Shown in pieces: positions 19,631-29,252 of a DNA stretch of 64,000 bases. The stretch's first letter is position 1. Every line of letters begins with the position of its first letter. This stretch comes from Alkalispirochaeta sp. (lineage in GTDB: Bacteria > Spirochaetota > Spirochaetia > DSM-27196 > Alkalispirochaetaceae), in NCBI GenBank assembly GCA_965601925.1, contig OZ271854.1:3040001-3104000 (forward strand), read 5' to 3'. The notes under the pieces are model-generated. The model was not told the DNA's origin. It did no database searches and saw only the letters and a list, made by a program, of their open reading frames with translations. A program made the position numbers and the translations under genes.

Positions 19631-20809
19631 ATGGTACAGGAGGGGCGGCGATTTCTCAGACTCGCGTATTTTTTCCGTAATCTCGAGGACGAAGCGCTGG
19701 ACGCCGTAGCCCGGGTGTGTCATCCGGAGGTACACGACGCCGGTGAGATCATTTTCCGCGAGGACGATCAGGGTGATCGGCTCTTTATCGTGCTCTCGGG
19801 GGAGGTGCAGGTGTGGAAACACCGCGGGCGCGAGGACGAGAACCTCCTCGCCGTGCACGGCACCGGACGGTTCTTCGGCGAGATGGCCCTCGTCGACGAG
19901 TTACCGCGGAGCGCCACCGCCGTTGCAGCGCGACGAAGCGAGCTGTTGTGTCTGCGCCGTGAGGACTTTCGCGGCCTAGTGAAGCGGTACCCGGAGCTCG
20001 CCATTTCCGTCATGCGATCGCTCTCGGCGATTGTGAGGGAAAGTAACGACAGTTTTGTCGCCGACCTGTACCACCGTAATCGGGAGTTGGAGCGCGCCTA
20101 TCTCGAGTTGGAAAAGGCGCAGCGCGATCTCCTCCGCAACGAACGCCTCTCCAACCTCGGGAAAATGTCGAACATGATTCTGCACGATATCCGCAATCCC
20201 GTATCGGTCCTGAAAGGGTACGCCGAGATGCTGCTACGTGGGGCCGACGATCCGGAGCGTGTGCGCGACGCCGCTCGCCGTATCGCGACCCAAGCGGAAG
20301 GGCTGAACCATTTGGCCGGTGAGCTTATGGATTACGCCCGCGGCGAGGTGCGTCTCGACGCATCGATCGTCGCTCCCTCCGAGATCGTCAAGGCGGCGTG
20401 TCATTACCTCACGGAGCGTCGTCAAATCCAGGATATCGAGCTTACCGTCGGTATCGAGGACGACAGTCCCGTGATCGTCGATTTCCAGCGAATGGTCCGA
20501 GCACTTCTCAACGTTTTGGATAACGCGCGCAAGGCGTGCGGGGCCGACGGGACGATTCGCGTTACGGTGCGTCGCAGCGGTGGAATGCTCGATATCGTGG
20601 TGGAAGACTCGGGCGAGGGTATGAGTCCGGAGGTCGCCGACAGCGTCTTTGAACCCTTTTTCAGCGGTTCCTCGGAGGGCGGTACCGGGCTGGGCATGGT
20701 CGTGGTACGCAATGTCGTCGACGCACACCACGGCACCTTGTCCGTTGAGTCGCAGATGGGGTTGGGCACACGAATTACGATCACCATCCCCGAGAAGATG
20801 GGTAGATAG
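19631..20809 (+). CDS. Cytoplasmic cNMP-binding-domain histidine kinase
   Basis: FFGEMAL..PRSATA (cNMP domain), HDIRNP H-box, NVLDNA, DSGEGM, FEPFF, GTGLG; GGAGG SD. Confidence 0.9.
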   Translation: MVQEGRRFLRLAYFFRNLEDEALDAVARVCHPEVHDAGEIIFREDDQGDRLFIVLSGEVQVWKHRGREDENLLAVHGTGRFFGEMALVDELPRSATAVAARRSELLCLRREDFRGLVKRYPELAISVMRSLSAIVRESNDSFVADLYHRNRELERAYLELEKAQRDLLRNERLSNLGKMSNMILHDIRNPVSVLKGYAEMLLRGADDPERVRDAARRIATQAEGLNHLAGELMDYARGEVRLDASIVAPSEIVKAACHYLTERRQIQDIELTVGIEDDSPVIVDFQRMVRALLNVLDNARKACGADGTIRVTVRRSGGMLDIVVEDSGEGMSPEVADSVFEPFFSGSSEGGTGLGMVVVRNVVDAHHGTLSVESQMGLGTRITITIPEKMGR

Positions 20810-20822
20810 CCGTATCGCGCTC

Positions 20823-21629
20823 CTACCGGTGGTCTGCGGCCGCGGCGAGCATGCGGTTGAGATTGGCCGCCGTTCGGCGCGCCAGGTCTTCCGGGCGCTC
20901 TCCCCGGAGCTCAGCCGCGACTCGCAGCGTGTAGGAGAGGAGTCCCGGATGGTTGGCCGTTCCGCGGTGGGGGTGGGGAGCGAGAAACGGCGCATCGGTC
21001 TCCAGTAGGATACGGTCGTGCGGAACGAGACGGACCGCCTCGCGAAGTGAGCCCGCGTTACGAAATGTGAGATTTCCCGCAAAGCTGATGTACATACCGG
21101 CGTCGAGAAACGGTGCGATCCACTCCGGAGACGAGCTGAAGCAGTGCATTACTCCGCCTCGGGGGAGCGCCGCATGAACGAGACGATCGAGGCAGTCGCG
21201 GTCGGCCTCACGATTGTGCACGATAACGGGGAGATCGAAGCGTGCCGCAAGGTCGAGGTGTCGTTCAAAAAGCGTAACTTGCGTCTCTCGGGGCGCGTAC
21301 ATGCGAAACCAGTCCAGCCCCGTCTCCCCGACGGCACGATAGTGCCCGCCGTGGAGCTCTCTCTCGACCGTATCAAGCGCCTTCTCACGATCGTCGCGCC
21401 CCGTTTTGCCGGGATGGAGTCCGCAGGAGTGATACACGCCGTCAACCGTACCGGTCAAGCGGCGTATGAGCGGTCCGTCCTCGGGTTCGATGGCGACGTC
21501 GAGCATCGGGCCCGCTCCCTTCTCGCGGAGTTCGGTGAGTATCTCGACCGGGTCCAGACCGCGGGCGGCCATCGCGACGCTGTGAAAGTGACTGTCAGCG
21601 AGCATCGGTACGACTTCAGGTATAATCAT
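20823..21629 (-). CDS. tatD: TatD family deoxyribonuclease
   Basis: DSHFH, GLHP, AVGETGLDW, VHNRE, MHCFS, LETDAPFL; start 21629 or 21605. Confidence 0.92.
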   Translation of the reverse strand: MIIPEVVPMLADSHFHSVAMAARGLDPVEILTELREKGAGPMLDVAIEPEDGPLIRRLTGTVDGVYHSCGLHPGKTGRDDREKALDTVERELHGGHYRAVGETGLDWFRMYAPRETQVTLFERHLDLAARFDLPVIVHNREADRDCLDRLVHAALPRGGVMHCFSSSPEWIAPFLDAGMYISFAGNLTFRNAGSLREAVRLVPHDRILLETDAPFLAPHPHRGTANHPGLLSYTLRVAAELRGERPEDLARRTAANLNRMLAAAADHR

Positions 21630-21757
21630 GGGAGGTTCACCTTAGGTCGGTGTATCGCCGCAGTACAAGTACCACCCATCCGCCGCCGTCCTTTCTCCCG
21701 ACGGACCCGTCTTCGGTATTATGAAAATTTGATAGGATCTCTATCGAGGGGTGTACG

Positions 21758-22420
21758 ATGTGTTCGGATTACGGGAAGACGAACCGACACGACGAGAAAC
21801 GATCTCGCGATGCGGACGCACTCGTTGCAATCCTGCGATCCGACGGGATTCGCAGCGCTCCCGTTCTCAAGGCTCTGCGTGACGTACCGCGCGATCACTT
21901 CGTTCCGGCGGAGCGGCGAAGTGAGGCGTGGGATAATCGGCCCCTCCCTATCGGAGAGGGCCAGACGATCAGCCAGCCTTTTACCGTTGCATACATGATG
22001 CAGCTGGCCGGCGTATCGCCGGGGCAGCGAGTGCTCGAGGTCGGAACAGGCTCGGGCTACATGGCGGCTCTCCTCGCCCACGCCGTCGCCTCGCCGCGTG
22101 CGGTCGTGACCATAGAAACCAATGCCGTGCTGTACCGGTATGCGGTCGAGCGACTCGGTGCGGTCGGGCTCGAGGGTGTCACGGTGATACATGGAGACGG
22201 CCGTGGAGGCTGGGCGGATCGTGCGCCGTACGACGTCATCATCGTAAGCGCCCAAGGGCCCGACGTTCCCGAGGCGCTGAAGGAGCAACTCGCCCCGGAG
22301 GGTCGGCTTGTCATGCCGGTCGACTTCGGTACCCATGCGGTGATGACCCGTCTACAGCGCGTGTCCGACGGATTTCGCGAGGAACGCCGAGGGTTTTTTC
22401 AGTTTGTTCCGCTTGTCTGA
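21758..22420 (+). CDS. pcm: Protein-L-isoaspartate O-methyltransferase
   Basis: PIGEGQTISQP, VLEVGTGSGY, GDG..GW...APYD. Confidence 0.93.
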   Translation: MCSDYGKTNRHDEKRSRDADALVAILRSDGIRSAPVLKALRDVPRDHFVPAERRSEAWDNRPLPIGEGQTISQPFTVAYMMQLAGVSPGQRVLEVGTGSGYMAALLAHAVASPRAVVTIETNAVLYRYAVERLGAVGLEGVTVIHGDGRGGWADRAPYDVIIVSAQGPDVPEALKEQLAPEGRLVMPVDFGTHAVMTRLQRVSDGFREERRGFFQFVPLV

Positions 22421-22728
22421 TGTTCCGCGATCGGGAGGCCGTGATGAGTGTTGTGCGACGGTATGGAGTAGCAATGATGCGCGGCTTGGCGCTGTGCGGC
22501 TGGGCCTGCGGGGTGACTCTGATCCTCTTGCCTCCGTTGAGAGAGCCGGTCGGCACCGTACGGCCGTGGGGAATCGGGCTCCTCGTCGCGATGGCGGTCA
22601 TTCATTGCGCCGAAATCCCGATCGGCGTGCGGATCGGCACCCGCTGCCGAGTATCGACGGCGCGTTCGGCATTCATGACGGCGGTATTCGGTTTTACGTG
22701 GTGGCTTCCGCTCAAACGCGGTTGGTAA
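22420..22728 (+). CDS. Small hypothetical membrane protein
   Basis: TGATG coupling to pcm; hydrophobic segments, IHCAEI and FGFTWWLPLK. Confidence 0.6.
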   Translation: MFRDREAVMSVVRRYGVAMMRGLALCGWACGVTLILLPPLREPVGTVRPWGIGLLVAMAVIHCAEIPIGVRIGTRCRVSTARSAFMTAVFGFTWWLPLKRGW

Positions 22729-22995
22729 ACGCGCCGACACGCCGTCTTCGGGAGAATGCGGTTCTCCGCGGACGCCCCATGCAGTGCCGTGCGCGCGGTA
22801 GTCACCCGTCGCTCATACACCCGGCTGGTGTACGAACCCGCCTCACGTTGGGCGGTCCGTACCGCCGATGTTCCAATCTCCGGCGATCTGGTACGCTACC
22901 GTCGCGGCCCCTGAACGAAACCGGGTGAGAGTTTGCGTGTCACGGCCGGTGGTGCGCGGGGGCGATGCCCATTGCCGATAGACGGGAGCGAGACG

Positions 22996-23295
22996 GTGAC
23001 GAGTAATGTGAGCCTTCAGGTGATACCGCACGTCGCGGGCGACGCGGAGGATGCGGTCTATGCAGTCGTAGACAGGGTGATTGAGTACATACGGAGTACC
23101 GGACTCCCATTCGAAGTGGGGCCGATGGAGACGACCATCGAGGGCGAGTTGTCTCAACTCCTCGATATCGTCGCTGAGGCGCAACGGATCTGCGTAGAAC
23201 ACGGCGCTCATCGCGTGTTGTCGGTCGTCAAAATCGACTATCGCCCGGGAGGAATCACTATGGCCGAAAAGACCGCGCGGCACCGCGCGGGATGA
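22996..23295 (+). CDS. MTH1187/YkoF-like thiamine-binding family protein
   Basis: SLQVIP, GLPFEVGPMETTIEGE, VKIDYRP; GTG start after GGGAG. Confidence 0.85.
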   Translation: MTSNVSLQVIPHVAGDAEDAVYAVVDRVIEYIRSTGLPFEVGPMETTIEGELSQLLDIVAEAQRICVEHGAHRVLSVVKIDYRPGGITMAEKTARHRAG

Positions 23296-23336
23296 GGCGC
23301 ACGACGTTCGTGCAAGAACGCGATGTCCGAGCGCGG

Positions 23337-25565
23337 TTATGATCCTTCCTCGGTCGGGGCGTCGGTCGTTCGGTCGCGTAGCCACTCAAAGAACAGGACG
23401 GCGGCGGCGAAGAAGACCGTACGGCCTCTCCCCGAAAGTCGGCCGACCTCCTCAAGAGTAGGCCTCGCAGCACCGCGCCGCGCGACGACCGCCGGCTCCC
23501 CGAGGTACTCGACCAGCGACCGCTGCGCCGCCTTCCCGTCGTGCGACCGATCGACCAGACGGATTGCGTGGGCGAGGCGATCAGGCGTCGCCGATACGAG
23601 ATGATGTTCCAGACGGTCCTGCTTCACGGCGTCGTTCCGGACGAACGAGGCGTACAGCGGGTATAACCAATCGTACATCTCGAGAATGCGCGAGGCGGCG
23701 AATACCAGCTCGTCGAGTACGTAGCCCGGTAGATCGTCGCGGGCGAGGGCGCTCCACAGTACGGGGAGATGGTCGCGGGAGCCGGCGATCTGGAGCGCCA
23801 CCGCGGCGTGCAGCACCGCGGTAAACAGATCGCTCGGGTTCGTCGATACGCCGGGCTCGAACGTGAGAATGCGCCGCACCTCGCCGTCGACCGTCGTCGA
23901 AGCGAGGCGCGCCAGGGCGACCAATGCGCGGCCCGCGAGCACTCGATCGTCGGAGGTAAGGACGCCTTCCAGCGCCGGTATCGCCGCGCCGCTACCGCGT
24001 AGACCCAGCAATCGTGCCGCCATGGACGCGGTAGTGTGTCGCCCGACCGCGAGATGCTCGATCAGCGACTCTTCCACCTCCCGCGTGTAGGGAAGGCTCG
24101 ACAGGGCCTCCAACGTCTCTTGACGCACCGCGTAGCTCGGCGACGCCAGCCGTCCTCTGAGATCGGCGAGCGCCAACGACGAGCCCGAGCTTGCCAAGTC
24201 GCGGATCGCACGCCGTTCTTCGTCCTGACTCCGGCTGCGAACCAACCGGTTGAGGAGGTTTGCCGCCCTCAGGTCGCGGGGAGAGAAAATTACCTCCAGG
24301 GCACCGCGGAACGTCTCGGCCCCGAGAGGCTCCAGTTTCCAGGCGCGAAATAGCGCCGTTGCGATGATCGCGATCGTAACGAAGAACAGAGCGCGAAACG
24401 ACCATACCTCGCCGACAAGCGTCGATGCGAGGTCGAGAAAGAGACCACCGGCAAAAGACCCGATGACTCCCCCGAGACCCAAGGCGATGAAGTAGACGAT
24501 GCCCAAGTTAAAGCGCGCATCGCGCTGCGTGATTCCATAGAAGTACGCTTGATTCGCATTTTCCGCCCCGGAAAATCCGAGGGTAGCGAATGAGAAGACG
24601 GCGCCCATCATGATGAAGGTCGCGATCTCTCCGGTTTGCGGCAGCACGACGGCGGGTATGAGGCTGATGGCGTACGCCGTGAGAGAAAAGAGAATGATCG
24701 GCTTTGCTCCAAGTCGGTCCAGGAGAATGCTTCCCAACAAGCCGGCGACGAAGTTGCCCACGCTACCGACCGCGACCATCATAAACGCGGCACGATCGGT
24801 AAAGTCGTAGGCTTGCTTCGCGAAGACGACGAGAAAACTGCGCCCCACGCCGGAGGCGATCGCTACGAGAAGAAAGGCGGTCACGAAATTACGAAATGCC
24901 GGGTTTTCCGCCGCACGTTTCAGAGTCGGAAAGAGCGGCTCCCTCGCGCTCTGCCGTTCGTCTTCGAGCTCCGGGAGTGAGAAAACGAGCCCGGTGGCGA
25001 TAAGTCCGGCGGCGACGCCCGCGCCGAGAAAGAGCACGTACCGACCGAGTGACGCCTCGGGGCCCAACAGAAACGCGACCGCGCTTCCGGCAACGATCGA
25101 CATAACCGACGCGAGCATTTGGAATTGACTCAACAGGCGGCCGCGATCGGCGCCGCCGGCGAAGCCCGAGAACATCGGCGCGTTGGCGACGATACCGACG
25201 CCTCGCGCGGCGTGAAATCCGAAGGCTCCCGCCGCGACAAGGAAAAACGAGACGGTCGTACGCCCGGCGGCGATGAAGACCGGTGCAAAGAGCATGGGCA
25301 GGACGGCGATGTACCGAATGAGCCACGCCCACGCGAACATGCGAATGACACCGACCGCCGGCACCAACTGCTTTCCGACCACGAGAAAGAAGAACGCGAC
25401 GTAGCTGAAGGAGGCGACGATACCGATCAGCGCGTTGCCCGCGCCCAAGCGCAGGAGATACAACGAGACCAGATTACCGGTAAGCAGAGTGAAGCTCAGG
25501 GCGTTGAAGAAGCCGAACCTCAACAGTGTTTTGCGCGCGCGCTCGCGATCGGCATGACTCAGCAT
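23337..25565 (-). CDS. MFS transporter fused to a C-terminal HEAT-repeat domain
   Basis: About 12 TM segments with LLDRLGAKP motif, then VRQETLEALSSL / AARLLGLRG..AAIPAL HEAT-like helices. Confidence 0.8.
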   Translation of the reverse strand: MLSHADRERARKTLLRFGFFNALSFTLLTGNLVSLYLLRLGAGNALIGIVASFSYVAFFFLVVGKQLVPAVGVIRMFAWAWLIRYIAVLPMLFAPVFIAAGRTTVSFFLVAAGAFGFHAARGVGIVANAPMFSGFAGGADRGRLLSQFQMLASVMSIVAGSAVAFLLGPEASLGRYVLFLGAGVAAGLIATGLVFSLPELEDERQSAREPLFPTLKRAAENPAFRNFVTAFLLVAIASGVGRSFLVVFAKQAYDFTDRAAFMMVAVGSVGNFVAGLLGSILLDRLGAKPIILFSLTAYAISLIPAVVLPQTGEIATFIMMGAVFSFATLGFSGAENANQAYFYGITQRDARFNLGIVYFIALGLGGVIGSFAGGLFLDLASTLVGEVWSFRALFFVTIAIIATALFRAWKLEPLGAETFRGALEVIFSPRDLRAANLLNRLVRSRSQDEERRAIRDLASSGSSLALADLRGRLASPSYAVRQETLEALSSLPYTREVEESLIEHLAVGRHTTASMAARLLGLRGSGAAIPALEGVLTSDDRVLAGRALVALARLASTTVDGEVRRILTFEPGVSTNPSDLFTAVLHAAVALQIAGSRDHLPVLWSALARDDLPGYVLDELVFAASRILEMYDWLYPLYASFVRNDAVKQDRLEHHLVSATPDRLAHAIRLVDRSHDGKAAQRSLVEYLGEPAVVARRGAARPTLEEVGRLSGRGRTVFFAAAVLFFEWLRDRTTDAPTEEGS

Positions 25566-25635
25566 TGGCCGATTATAATCCGCGGAGGCGATCGTTGGCA
25601 CCTCTCCGTATGTTTCAGCATCCGGTATTTTTCTA

Positions 25636-25664
25636 TTGACGGATGATTATATACCGAGTAATCT
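25636..25664 (+). promoter_or_regulatory. Sigma70-like promoter of the regulator-feoB operon
   Basis: TTGACG-17 nt-TAATCT. Confidence 0.6.
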
Positions 25665-25674
25665 AAAAATATAC

Positions 25675-25688
25675 TTTGATAAATCAAA
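25675..25688. promoter_or_regulatory. Putative DtxR/MntR-family operator
   Basis: Palindrome TTTGAT-AA-ATCAAA in an AT-rich patch just downstream of the -10. Confidence 0.65.
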
Positions 25689-25716
25689 AATAGCGCGTGC
25701 GAGTCGTGGAGGCACC

Positions 25717-26757
25717 ATGGGTTCCGGATGGTTGTTTTGGGGTGGTCTTGCTTCAATTGCCGGTTTGGTGGCTGTTCTTTGGCCTCAGAGAGGAGCGGCG
25801 GCGATCCTGCGTAGGAACATGCGCCTTTCGGAGCGCGTTCTGATTGAGGATGCGCTTAAGCACGTTCACGAATGTCGATATCAAGATCGGAAGGCTCAGG
25901 TGGAGGGGATAGCGGGAAAGCTTTCCATATCTATGAATAGGGCCACATCGCTCGTTTCCCGTATGACCCGCGACGAGCTCTTGGTCGCCGATGCGGAGGG
26001 GCTCGATCTAACCGACACGGGTAGTGACGCGGCGATCCATCTGATCCGAGCACACCGTCTGTGGGAGCGGTACTTGTCGGAGGAGACCGGATACGACGAA
26101 AGAGAGTGGCATGAACGGGCGGAGATCATGGAGCACGACCTCTCCCGCGAAGCGATCGAGGAGCTGGCGGTTCGATTGGGCAATCCGCGCTACGATCCGC
26201 ACGGTGATCCGATACCCGCCACCGACGGTGAGGGACCGATTCGTAGCCGCGGCGTCCCGCTCAATGCGGTCGAAGAGGGGCGGTCCGTCAGAGTGGTCCA
26301 CGTTGAGGACGAGCCGGCTACGGTGTATGCGCAGTTGGCGGCCCTGGAGATGTTCCCGGGGGTGCACGTTCGCATTGTGGAACGGAGCGCCAAACGAATT
26401 CGCGTGCGCGCTCACGGTGAGACACACACGTTGGCGCCGATCGTAGCGCGCAATCTGACGGTGGTAGCGGCTGATTCCGACAACGACATCGAGGCGGAGG
26501 AGGATGTGTACCCGCTCTCGCGCTTGTCGCCGGGGGATGTGGGGCGGGTCGTCGCCATCGATCGAGCCTGTCGTGGCGCGGAGCGGCGTCGACTCCTGGA
26601 TTTCGGGATTGTTCCCGGTACCCGCATTTTCGCGGAGATGAGAAGTCCGGGCGGCGATCCCACCGCATACCGCGTTCGCGAGACGTTGGTCGCCCTGCGC
26701 GAGGCTCAGGCGCGCCACGTGAAAGTACGGCGACCGCAACGGTCGGAGATGCAATGA
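25717..26757 (+). CDS. DtxR/MntR-family metalloregulator with N-terminal TM helix and two FeoA domains
   Basis: GGAGG SD; WLFWGGLASIAGLVAVLW; EDALK, HRLWERYL, AEIMEH, DPHGDPIP; FeoA-like LAALEMFPGV and RRRLLDFGIVPGT..SPGGDPTAY..VALR. Confidence 0.88.
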   Translation: MGSGWLFWGGLASIAGLVAVLWPQRGAAAILRRNMRLSERVLIEDALKHVHECRYQDRKAQVEGIAGKLSISMNRATSLVSRMTRDELLVADAEGLDLTDTGSDAAIHLIRAHRLWERYLSEETGYDEREWHERAEIMEHDLSREAIEELAVRLGNPRYDPHGDPIPATDGEGPIRSRGVPLNAVEEGRSVRVVHVEDEPATVYAQLAALEMFPGVHVRIVERSAKRIRVRAHGETHTLAPIVARNLTVVAADSDNDIEAEEDVYPLSRLSPGDVGRVVAIDRACRGAERRRLLDFGIVPGTRIFAEMRSPGGDPTAYRVRETLVALREAQARHVKVRRPQRSEMQ

Positions 26758-27566
26758 TGGTCGCGAAAGCCCGCCGAGCGTGTAACGCGTGCCGTGGTGA
26801 CGATGGGGGGCGTCTTCGCCGTCTCGGTATCAACATGACCAACTACGACCACGTTGTCGCGCTGGCCGGAAATCCCAATACCGGAAAGAGTACCGTCTTT
26901 AACGCCCTCACCGGACTTCGACAACATACCGGTAACTGGCCCGGTAAGACGGTAGCTCGTGCCGAGGGCGCCTTTCGGTTTGGAGAGAGGCACTACAAGT
27001 TGATAGACCTTCCGGGCACGTACTCGCTTCTGGCCGCGAGTACCGATGAGGAGGTCGCCCGCGACTTCATTCTTTTCGGTCGGCCGGACGCGACGGTCAT
27101 CGTCGTCGATGCGACGCGATTGGAGCGAAATCTGAATCTGGTACTTCAGGTCCTTGAGATCACCGACCGGGTCGTTGTCTGTCTCAACCTCATGGATGAG
27201 GCGAAACGTAACGACATCCGCGTGGACGATCGGACGTTGGCCCGGGACTTGGGCGTTCCCGTCGTACCTACTTCGGCTCGAAACGGCGCGGGACTCACCG
27301 AACTGCTACAGGTAGTCCACGATACGGCGCGGGGTGTCGTTGAGACTCGCCCGCGGCGCATTCCCGTGCGCAGTCCAATGCTGAAACGCTACTTGGACGC
27401 CATGATACCCCGTATTCGCCGGTTCTATCCCGATCTTCCAAACGCGCGATGGGTCGCGTTACGAATGTTGGAAGAGGATCGACGCATTGTGGAGAGCTTT
27501 CGTTCCGGCGAGTTGGGTTCATTCGCCGATGAGCGAAGGGTGAAGGGGCGCAAGACAAAAGCATGA
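26754..27566 (+). CDS. feoB: FeoB N-terminal GTPase domain (split FeoB part 1)
   Basis: [24 protein letters not shown] and SAR G-motifs; ATGA overlaps at both ends. Confidence 0.9.
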   Translation: MMVAKARRACNACRGDDGGRLRRLGINMTNYDHVVALAGNPNTGKSTVFNALTGLRQHTGNWPGKTVARAEGAFRFGERHYKLIDLPGTYSLLAASTDEEVARDFILFGRPDATVIVVDATRLERNLNLVLQVLEITDRVVVCLNLMDEAKRNDIRVDDRTLARDLGVPVVPTSARNGAGLTELLQVVHDTARGVVETRPRRIPVRSPMLKRYLDAMIPRIRRFYPDLPNARWVALRMLEEDRRIVESFRSGELGSFADERRVKGRKTKA

Positions 27567-29008
27567 ACGACGCGAGATCAACCGCCGGTCGTAACGATGT
27601 TATCGAACACGCGCGCTCGTTTCGGTGGAGTATCGGCCAGAATTACCAAGATGAGCTGATGGAGGACGTTTACTCCGAGGCTGCTCGGATCGCCGACCGT
27701 TCGGTAGCGCGCGGGGCCGAAAAAGGATCGTTTGCGTGGGGGCGTGCCGTTGACCGCGTCGTGACCGGCAAAGTATGGGGATTTCCCCTCATGATATTAC
27801 TCTTCTCGATGGTGTTCTGGATAACAATTTCCGGCGCCAATGTACCGTCGAGTATGCTGGCACATCTCTTTCTCGACGGCGGACACCCCCTTCTCAGGAG
27901 TCTTGCCGACCGAATCGGCATGGTGTGGTGGCTCAAGGGACTTCTCATAGACGGGTGTTACTTAGCGACCGCCTGGGTCGTGAGCGTAATGCTTCCACCC
28001 ATGGCGATCTTCTTTCCGCTGTTTACCCTTCTGGAGGATCTTGGTTATCTACCCCGTGTAGCCTTCAACTTGGACAAGAGCTTTCAGCGGGCGGGGGCTC
28101 ACGGTAAGCAATCTCTCACGATGATGATGGGATTCGGCTGCAACGCCGCCGGGGTCGTTGCGGCGCGCGTTATCGACAGCCCTAGAGAACGGCTCATTGC
28201 GATCATAACGAATAACTTCGCGCTGTGTAACGGCCGGTGGCCGACGCAGATTCTGGTCGCATCCCTCTTTGTTGGGGCGACGGCACCGGCGTACCTCGCG
28301 GGTTTCCTTTCCGCCGCGGCGGTTGTCGGCGTGGCACTTCTGGGCGTTCTTTTGAGCTTCGGATCATCGTGGCTGCTCTCCAAGACCGTGCTCCGTGGGG
28401 AGGTCTCATCGTTCAGTCTGGAGCTTCCTCCGTATCGCCCTCCACGGATTCTTCAAACGATATACACATCACTAATCGACCGCACGCTCTTCGTCCTGTG
28501 GCGAGCGGTCGTGTTTGCGGTACCCGCCGGCGCCGTCATTTGGCTCATCTCCAACGCAACAATCTGGGGAATGAGTCCCGCGGAGCACGTCATCGAGTTT
28601 CTCGATCCCTTCGGATGGCTTCTGGGACTCAATGGAGTGATTCTACTCGCCTACGTCGTCGCCGTTCCGGCGAACGAGATCGTCGTCCCTACGGTGCTGA
28701 TGTTGACCGTGCTTACCGCCCCCGGACTGACGGGCGTGGGTGACGGAGCCGGGGTGATGTTTGAGCTGGAGAACTTGGATGATACCATGCACGTACTGCG
28801 CGCCGGCGGATGGACGCTTCTCACCGGGATCAACGTTATGCTCTTTTCTTTGATCCATAACCCGTGTTCGACGACGTTGTATACGATCTACAAGGAGACC
28901 GGCAGCGTGAAATGGACGGTGGTCTCCGCCCTCGCACCGCTCGGGTTGGGTTTCGTCGTGACGTTTCTCGTTGCTCAGGGTTGGCGCTTCTTTGCAGGAC
29001 CGTCGTAA
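27563..29008 (+). CDS. feoB: FeoB membrane (gate) domain (split FeoB part 2)
   Basis: [41 protein letters not shown]. Confidence 0.9.
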   Translation: MNDARSTAGRNDVIEHARSFRWSIGQNYQDELMEDVYSEAARIADRSVARGAEKGSFAWGRAVDRVVTGKVWGFPLMILLFSMVFWITISGANVPSSMLAHLFLDGGHPLLRSLADRIGMVWWLKGLLIDGCYLATAWVVSVMLPPMAIFFPLFTLLEDLGYLPRVAFNLDKSFQRAGAHGKQSLTMMMGFGCNAAGVVAARVIDSPRERLIAIITNNFALCNGRWPTQILVASLFVGATAPAYLAGFLSAAAVVGVALLGVLLSFGSSWLLSKTVLRGEVSSFSLELPPYRPPRILQTIYTSLIDRTLFVLWRAVVFAVPAGAVIWLISNATIWGMSPAEHVIEFLDPFGWLLGLNGVILLAYVVAVPANEIVVPTVLMLTVLTAPGLTGVGDGAGVMFELENLDDTMHVLRAGGWTLLTGINVMLFSLIHNPCSTTLYTIYKETGSVKWTVVSALAPLGLGFVVTFLVAQGWRFFAGPS

Positions 29009-29200
29009 CGGTCGACCCCGCCGTTCGCCGATGTGGAGAGGTACGAGAATGCACGAGCCGGAACGGCATCCGTCGTGATATGATGAAGGTGTCCGCTCTG
29101 TATCCAAAAATCATGACCAGAATAGTTGTTTTGGGGAACGAGTGATCCGCTGTATTCGATACGGTCCCTGTGTGTGCTGCCAACGAAACAATGAGACAGC

Positions 29201-29229
29201 TTGTTATTCGGAATGATTCTTAATATTAT
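29201..29229 (+). promoter_or_regulatory. Sigma70-like promoter with overlapping Fur/PerR-like dyad
   Basis: TTGTTA-17 nt-TATTAT; dyad TATT-CG-GAAT-G-ATTC-TT-AATA at 29205-29225. Confidence 0.5.
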
Positions 29230-29252
29230 AGTGAACAACAGAGAGGTGTTCC

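Noticed and set aside
22729..22995. TPP riboswitch upstream of the thiamine-binding family gene
   Set aside because: Only GGTGAGAG resembles the UGAGA element; the CUGAU and UAAU..GCG elements are absent
27540..27580. feoB as a frameshifted pseudogene
   Set aside because: The break has a clean ATGA overlap at a domain boundary and both halves have intact motifs; treated as a split gene pending a read check
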